A stretch of DNA of 64,000 nucleotides from Sneathiellales bacterium (lineage in GTDB: Bacteria; Pseudomonadota; Alphaproteobacteria; JANQFL01), in NCBI GenBank assembly GCA_028277845.1, contig JANQFL010000011.1:200887-264886 (forward strand), in the 5' to 3' direction. Numbering within the stretch: the stretch's first letter is position 1; every line of letters begins with the position of its first letter. Shown in pieces: positions 56,631-64,000 of the stretch. Position numbers and translations under genes: made by a program. The notes below the pieces were generated by a model. The model worked only from the letters and a program-made list of their open reading frames with translations. It ran no database searches and had not been told where the DNA came from.

Positions 56631-57554
56631 TCAGGTCCATCCCACCAGTCCTTCGGTCAACAGCACGGCAAACAGCAGGAACAGGTACAGAATGGAAAAC
56701 CCGAACAGTTGCCTGGCCGGTTTCTGCTGCTCGCTGCCGTCGTGGAAGACCCGGACGGCACCAGCCAGGAACACGACACCGAGCGCCGCCGCCATGACGC
56801 CATAAACCGCGCTGACCATGCCCATGAACCAGGGCAACAGCGTGATCGGTACCAGCAGAACACTGTAGATCAGAATTTGCAGGCGGGTTTCACGCAGGCC
56901 GGCAACCACCGGCAGCATGGGTACGCCGACCCGGGCATAATCACCGCAACGGTAGAGCGCCAGCGACCAGAAGTGCGGCGGCGTCCACATGAAGATGATG
57001 GCGAACAGGGCCAACCCGCCCAGGCTGATATCGCCGGTGACGGCGGCCCAGGCGACCATGGGCGGAAACGCGCCGGCGGCACCGCCGATGACGATGTTCT
57101 GCGGCGTCCGGCGTTTCAGCCACATGGTGTAGACGAAGACGTAGAAGCCGATGGTGAAGGCCAGCAGTGCCGCGGCCACCCAATTGACCGCCAAACCCAT
57201 CACCAGCACCGAACCGCCCGCCAGGATGGCGCCGAAGGCCAGGGCTTCGTTGGCGCCGACACGGCCGGCGGGAATCGGACGGTTTTTCGTCCGCTTCATG
57301 TCCGCGTCGATATCGGCGTCGTACCACATGTTGATCGCGCCCGACGCGCCGGCGCCGACCGCGATACACAGGATGGCGACCGCCGCCAGGACCGGATGCA
57401 GCTCTCCCGGCGCCAGCACCATGCCGGTCAGCGCGGTGAACACCACCAGCGACATCACCCTGGGCTTGAGCAGGGCGAAGTAGTCGGCCGCCCGGGCGCC
57501 GCTCTCGGCGGCGTCACGGGCGTTCGACTGAACGGCTATGGTGTTTTCACGCAC
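56631..57554 (-). CDS. ctaB: Heme o synthase (protoheme IX farnesyltransferase)
   Basis: [31 protein letters not shown]. Confidence 0.96.
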   Translation of the reverse strand: MRENTIAVQSNARDAAESGARAADYFALLKPRVMSLVVFTALTGMVLAPGELHPVLAAVAILCIAVGAGASGAINMWYDADIDADMKRTKNRPIPAGRVGANEALAFGAILAGGSVLVMGLAVNWVAAALLAFTIGFYVFVYTMWLKRRTPQNIVIGGAAGAFPPMVAWAAVTGDISLGGLALFAIIFMWTPPHFWSLALYRCGDYARVGVPMLPVVAGLRETRLQILIYSVLLVPITLLPWFMGMVSAVYGVMAAALGVVFLAGAVRVFHDGSEQQKPARQLFGFSILYLFLLFAVLLTEGLVGWT

Positions 57555-57578
57555 CGGGGTCTTCCCTTCCCTAACGGA

Positions 57579-59192
<1,614 letters not shown>

Positions 59193-60083
59193 TTATTTGG
59201 GTTCGTTGGCGGTGACGGCGGCCACCTGGCGGGTCGTGTCGTCGGCGGAGGCGAATTCCTCCTTCGCGAACTCGAGCCATTTCGCATAGGCCTCCTTGGT
59301 CACGACCTTCACTTCGATGGGCATGAAGCCGTGATTGACGCCGCACAGCTCCGAACATTGACCGTAGAACAACGCACCGTCATCGGTCTTCTGCGTCAGG
59401 TCGCTGAGCTTCGGCGAACGGAACCAGGTTTCATTGACCCGGCCAGGCACGGCATCCATCTTGACGCCGAAGGACGGGATGGCCCAGGCGTGAATGACGT
59501 CCGAGGCGGTAACCAGCAGGCGAATTTCCGTGTCTTCCGGCACGACGACGGCGTTGTCGGTGGACAGCAGCCGGACCTGATTGCCCTCGATGTCCTCGTC
59601 GGCCACCATGATGGAGTCGAAGGTGAAGTCGCCGTGGTCGGGATATTCGTAGGACCAGTACCACTGGTGGCCGATCGCCTTGATGGTCATCTCCGGGTTG
59701 GCCGCCTTGTCCTGGAAATAGAGCAGCTTGAAGGACGGGATGGCGATGACGACCAGGATGATCACCGGGATCACCGTCCACGCCACTTCCAGCAGCGTGT
59801 TGTGGGTCGTCTTGGAGGGCACCGGATTACGCTTCTCGCTGAAGCGGAACATGGCGTAGCCCAGCAGCACCGTCACGAACAGCGCGATCACCGTAATGAT
59901 GATCAGCAGCAGGTCGTGAAATTCCTGGATGTCATGCATCACCGGGGTCACGGCGGACTGAAAGCCCATTTGCCAATCCGTCGGCACGCCCTCTCCGGCG
60001 TGAGCGGCGAAACCCGCACTAAGTGCCATCGTCATGACCGCCAATGCGGTTAAACCTTTTTTGAACGACATGATTTCCTTCAT
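59193..60083 (-). CDS. ctaC: Cytochrome c oxidase subunit II
   Basis: QWYWSYEY, DVIHAW, CuA motif CSELCGVNHGFM. Confidence 0.97.
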   Translation of the reverse strand: MKEIMSFKKGLTALAVMTMALSAGFAAHAGEGVPTDWQMGFQSAVTPVMHDIQEFHDLLLIIITVIALFVTVLLGYAMFRFSEKRNPVPSKTTHNTLLEVAWTVIPVIILVVIAIPSFKLLYFQDKAANPEMTIKAIGHQWYWSYEYPDHGDFTFDSIMVADEDIEGNQVRLLSTDNAVVVPEDTEIRLLVTASDVIHAWAIPSFGVKMDAVPGRVNETWFRSPKLSDLTQKTDDGALFYGQCSELCGVNHGFMPIEVKVVTKEAYAKWLEFAKEEFASADDTTRQVAAVTANEPK

Positions 60084-60323
60084 GCTCCTCTCGGCAGGCA
60101 ACACACGGCACAAGGCGCTGCGCCGCGGATGGTCGAACCGGTGTGTTTCCTGGATGCCCTAATCGTCTTGCCTATTATATGTCTTCGTCTGCTTATGGGT
60201 GTGCAGCGTGAAGAGAAATCTACACTACCGATTTCAGCCGCAACAACCCTGCCCCTGTCGAAGAACGTTTGTATTATTTGCGCCTTCACCTACACCCTGA
60301 AAACCGCTTCTGTCCACGAAAAA

Positions 60324-60337
60324 TTGATCTCGATCAA
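60324..60337. promoter_or_regulatory. Consensus FNR/FnrL box between ctaC and tldD
   Basis: TTGAT-CTCG-ATCAA. Confidence 0.7.
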
Positions 60338-60367
60338 GTCGTGCGCCGCCGTCGACGCGTTGACAAA

Positions 60368-60384
60368 TGCGACGATATGACGCA
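60368..60384. promoter_or_regulatory. RegA/PrrA-like site upstream of the cox operon
   Basis: TGCGAC-N5-GACGCA fits GCGNC...GNCGC; weaker copy at 60342-60359. Confidence 0.45.
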
Positions 60385-60561
60385 CTTCGCTGACCAAGGC
60401 GATTGGAATGGCCGACCGCACATAGTTGAAACCTTGCCGGTGGACCGCCACGTTGCGGAAAAGACTTCGGCGTCAATTGGTTCTATAGTGCCTTCGCCCA
60501 ATCTCGCCAACTATGGGCAAACATTTGATTTATTTAGGTATTTCGCCGACAGGAGGCTGTC

Positions 60562-61995
60562 ATGAGCCGCAAGACATCGCCCGATGAACTGTTTTTCACC
60601 CGTACCGGCATGGACCCGGACCGGGTCCAGGCCATCACCGGCGATGCGCTACACGGTGCCGACGACGGCGAGCTGTTCCTGGAATACTGCCAGTCCGAGA
60701 GTTTCGCCTGGGATGATGGCCGATTGAAAAGCGCGAGCTTCGATACGTCCCAGGGTTTCGGCTTGCGGGCGGTGTCCGGGGAACAAACCGGCTACGCACA
60801 CGCTTCCGAGTTGAGCGAGGCGGCGATCAAGCGCGCCTCCGATACGGTCAAGGCGGTCCGTGCCGGCCATGGCGGTGTCATGGCCGAGGGCCCGGCCCGC
60901 ACCAATGCCCATTTGTATGCCGAAGACAACCCGATCAACGCCGTCGACTTCGCGGACAAGGTGAAACTGCTGTCCGATATCGATGCCTATGCCCGCGGCC
61001 TCGACGACCGGGTCCGTCAGGTCTCGGCGTCGTTGTCCGGCTCCTGGCAGGCCGTGCACATCATGCGGTCGGATGGGGAACGGGTCTCGGACATCCGTCC
61101 TCTGGTCCGGTTAAACGTTTCGGTGGTGGTCGGTGACGGCGACCGGCAGGAAGCCGGCTCCCACGGCGCCGGCGGGCGCACCGCCTATGAGCACTATCTC
61201 GACCCGGCGACCTGGCGCGACCAGGTGGACGAAGCTTTGCGCCAAGCCGTGGTCAATCTGGATTCGGTGCCGGCGCCGGCCGGCGAGATGCAGGTCGTGC
61301 TCGGACCCGGCTGGCCCGGCATCCTGTTGCACGAGGCGGTCGGGCACGGCCTGGAGGGCGACTTCAACCGCAAGCAGACCAGCGCCTTCGCCGGTCTGCT
61401 GGGCGAACGGGTGGCGTCGCCGGGCGTCACCGTCGTCGACGACGGCACGATCACCGACCGCCGTGGATCCCTGACCGTCGACGACGAAGGCACGCCGACG
61501 TCGCGCACGGTGCTGATCGAGGACGGCATACTCAAGGGCTATATGCAGGACCGGCTGAATGCCCGCCTCATGGGCGTGGCGCCGACCGGCAACGGCCGCC
61601 GCCAAGGCTACGACCACATGCCCATGCCGCGCATGACCAACACCTACATGCCGTCGGGCGACGCCGATCCGGAGGAAATGCTGCGCTCGGTCGGCAAGGG
61701 CCTTTACGCCGTCAATTTCGGCGGCGGCCAGGTCGACATCACCAGCGGCAAGTTCGTGTTCACCTGCACCGAGGCCTACATGGTGGAGGACGGCAAGGTG
61801 GGCGCCCCGGTGAAGGGCGCCACCCTGATCGGCAACGGTCCGGAAGTGCTGACCCGCGTCAAGGCGGTGGGCAACGACATGGCCCTCGACCCAGGCGTCG
61901 GCACCTGCGGCAAGAACGGCCAGGGCGTGCCGGTCGGCGTCGGCCAGCCCACATTGCTGATCGACGGCCTGACCGTCGGCGGCACGGCGGCTTAA
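60562..61995 (+). CDS. tldD: Metalloprotease TldD
   Basis: HEAVGHGLEGDFNRK, PRMTNT, CGKNGQ. Confidence 0.96.
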   Translation: MSRKTSPDELFFTRTGMDPDRVQAITGDALHGADDGELFLEYCQSESFAWDDGRLKSASFDTSQGFGLRAVSGEQTGYAHASELSEAAIKRASDTVKAVRAGHGGVMAEGPARTNAHLYAEDNPINAVDFADKVKLLSDIDAYARGLDDRVRQVSASLSGSWQAVHIMRSDGERVSDIRPLVRLNVSVVVGDGDRQEAGSHGAGGRTAYEHYLDPATWRDQVDEALRQAVVNLDSVPAPAGEMQVVLGPGWPGILLHEAVGHGLEGDFNRKQTSAFAGLLGERVASPGVTVVDDGTITDRRGSLTVDDEGTPTSRTVLIEDGILKGYMQDRLNARLMGVAPTGNGRRQGYDHMPMPRMTNTYMPSGDADPEEMLRSVGKGLYAVNFGGGQVDITSGKFVFTCTEAYMVEDGKVGAPVKGATLIGNGPEVLTRVKAVGNDMALDPGVGTCGKNGQGVPVGVGQPTLLIDGLTVGGTAA

Positions 61996-62008
61996 ACCGG
62001 CGCCACGC

Positions 62009-62037
62009 AAAAAAGGGCGTCCCGCGGGACGCCCTTT
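62009..62037. terminator. Intrinsic terminator between convergent tldD and phoD
   Basis: AAAAAAGGGCGTCCCGCGGGACGCCCTTT hairpin, U6 tract on the minus strand. Confidence 0.8.
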
Positions 62038-62061
62038 CTCGTTGCACCCGATGACACGCCG

Positions 62062-63651
62062 TCAGGCGACGGGCACGGGATCGAGATCGACCGTATAGAG
62101 GGATTTGTTCTCGATGTCCTTCAACGTCACGGTCATCACCTCGGTTTCGCCATTGATCCGCACGTGGCCGAAGAACTGCAGCCCTTCGGTCGGCGGCAGG
62201 TTCGGTTTGCCTTCCGGCGATTTCTGGTAGACCACCTGCGGGCCGAAGGTGTCGTCCATGTCGCCCGGGCCGAACGAGCCGGCGTTGATCGGGCCGGAGA
62301 CGAATTCCCAGAACGGATCGAAGTCGCTGAACGTGGCCTTGTTCGGGTCGTAATAATGCGCCGCCGTGTAGTGCACGTCGGCCGTGAACCAGGCGGTGTT
62401 CTTGATCTTGTTGTGCTTGATGAATCGCAACAGGTCGGCGAACTCGTGCTCTCGGCCGAGCACCGGCCCGTTGCCGTTGGCGCCGTTTTCGAAGGTATTC
62501 TTCTCGCGCCAATTGTCATAGACGATCAAACCGATCGGCATGTCGGAGGCAATGACCTTCCAGGTCGCCTTGCTAGCCAGCAACTCTTGCTTAAGCCAGC
62601 GTATCTGGTCGGCGCCCAGGAACGCGGTGTCCGGCCCGGCCAGGGGCTGACGGTTGGCGCCGTTGTCGCCGCGATAGGACCGCATGTCGAGAAAGAACAC
62701 GTCCAGAAGCGGACCGTAGTTGATCTTGCGGTAAATGCGTTCCCGGTCGGACGCATGCTGGCGGGTCGGGAAGTACTCGTGGAAGGCGCGATTGGCGCGC
62801 GCGGCCAGGGTGGCGACGCTGCGGACCTGGTAGCGATCATCATTGAGAACCTCGTTGGGATACCAATTGTTGACCGTCTCGTGATCGTCCCACTGGGCGA
62901 AGACCGGCACTTCGGCGTTGAAGGCGCGCACGTTGGCATCCAGCAGGTTGTACCGGAAGTTGCCGCGGAACTCCTTCAGCGTCTCGGCGACCTTGGACTT
63001 CTCCTCGGTGATCACGTTTTTCCACACGCCGCCGTCCGGCAGCTTTTTTTCCGCCGGAATGGGATTGTCGGCATAGATGGTGTCGCCGGAATGGATCATG
63101 AAGTCCGGCGTGTTGCGGCGCATGGTTTCGTAGCCCTTCATGCCGCCCCAGTCGGTGTTGATGCCCCAACCCTGGCCGGCGGTGTCGCCGGTCCACACGA
63201 ACGTGATGTCGCGGCGGTCGGCCGGTGCCGTGCGGAAATGCCCGACCATCGGTTCGCTGACCGCGTTGACGTTGGACAGGTCCCGGTAGCGGATGCGGTA
63301 GAAGATGTCCTGGCCCGCCGGCAGGCCGGTCAGGTCGACCTTGGTGGTGAAGTCGGAGGCCGCGATGGCCGCCGGTCCGCGCACCGTCTGCGCATTGCGG
63401 AAGCTGTCGCTGGTGGCGTATTCCAACAGCAGGCGCGACGGCCGGTCGGCCCGCGCCCAGACGATGGCCCTGTCGGTGGTGACGTCGCCGCTTTGCAGTC
63501 CGTGGGTGATGACCGGACGGTCGGACCGGGCGAAAGCGGGCATGCCGAACAGACCGGTCCCGGCGAGCCCGAGGCCGGTCGCGGCCAGGGCGCTCGTCGA
63601 GAGAAACCTGCGTCGGCTGACATGAATTGTTTTCTTGGTCGGCAGTGACAT
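62062..63651 (-). CDS. phoD: Alkaline phosphatase D, Tat-exported
   Basis: SRRRFL Tat motif, SGDTIYAD, WDDHE, LDMRSYR, ADVHY. Confidence 0.95.
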   Translation of the reverse strand: MSLPTKKTIHVSRRRFLSTSALAATGLGLAGTGLFGMPAFARSDRPVITHGLQSGDVTTDRAIVWARADRPSRLLLEYATSDSFRNAQTVRGPAAIAASDFTTKVDLTGLPAGQDIFYRIRYRDLSNVNAVSEPMVGHFRTAPADRRDITFVWTGDTAGQGWGINTDWGGMKGYETMRRNTPDFMIHSGDTIYADNPIPAEKKLPDGGVWKNVITEEKSKVAETLKEFRGNFRYNLLDANVRAFNAEVPVFAQWDDHETVNNWYPNEVLNDDRYQVRSVATLAARANRAFHEYFPTRQHASDRERIYRKINYGPLLDVFFLDMRSYRGDNGANRQPLAGPDTAFLGADQIRWLKQELLASKATWKVIASDMPIGLIVYDNWREKNTFENGANGNGPVLGREHEFADLLRFIKHNKIKNTAWFTADVHYTAAHYYDPNKATFSDFDPFWEFVSGPINAGSFGPGDMDDTFGPQVVYQKSPEGKPNLPPTEGLQFFGHVRINGETEVMTVTLKDIENKSLYTVDLDPVPVA

Positions 63652-63706
63652 GGGTGATGGACTCCCCTCCATGATTCGTTGGACGGGCGCACCCTAGGTC
63701 AATGCG

Positions 63707-63746
63707 TTGACAGTGCGGTGACCGGTGCGTGGCCGTTCGATGACAC
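63707..63746 (-). promoter_or_regulatory. Pho box array upstream of phoD
   Basis: Four heptamers at 11-bp period on the minus strand: GTGTCAT, CGGCCAC, CGGTCAC, CTGTCAA (consensus CTGTCAT). Confidence 0.7.
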
Positions 63747-63766
63747 AACCACGGGCGAACATGGAA

Positions 63767-64000
63767 CTAGCCGAAATCGGGTGGCGGCACGAAACCGCCG
63801 ACCACATCCTCAAGCGCTTCGGCGAACTGGATCGTCGTCCTGTCTTCCAGGTACGGCCCGACGATCTGCAGGCCGACGGGCAAACCATCGCTTCCCTGGC
63901 CCACCGGTGCGACAGTTGCCGGCAAGTAACACGACGTCGCCATGCCGACCCAGATGATATGCTCGAAATAGTCGCGCTGCTCGCCGTTGACCGAAAGCTT
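63767..64000 (-). CDS. Amidase signature family protein, C-terminal part (partial)
   Basis: ...YLPATVAPVGQGSDGLPVGLQIVGPYLEDRTTIQFAEALEDVVGGFVPPPDFG*. Confidence 0.8.
   Translation of the reverse strand, partial: KLSVNGEQRDYFEHIIWVGMATSCYLPATVAPVGQGSDGLPVGLQIVGPYLEDRTTIQFAEALEDVVGGFVPPPDFG

Overview
GC-rich alphaproteobacterial chromosomal window (Rhodospirillales-like gene order; inferred). In order: the 3' end of an RTX protein with its type I secretion ABC/MFP pair; a DUF2478-DUF364 fusion; a ~5 kb low-GC island (vsr, a C5 cytosine methyltransferase, a receiver-domain protein, and a MORC-like GHKL ATPase fused to a histidine kinase, with no recognisable restriction nuclease) ending at a truncated aldehyde dehydrogenase; an F7/Che2-like chemosensory operon (STAS-cheY-cheA-cheW-MCP-cheR-cheD-cheB-soluble MCP) running into a partner-switch module and an ODP-like di-iron sensor; a TetR/haloalkane dehalogenase cluster; housekeeping genes (ispH, thrB, rnhA, thrC etc.); a ~13 kb accessory block, including a 2-oxoacid oxidoreductase operon with an FNR-like box and a MITE insertion, which separates thrC from the aa3 oxidase cluster; then tldD, phoD and a partial amidase. 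No rRNA, tRNA or CRISPR array seen. The best candidate for an under-described system is the methylase/Vsr/MORC-kinase/receiver island. All family calls come from motif recognition by eye, not database searches.
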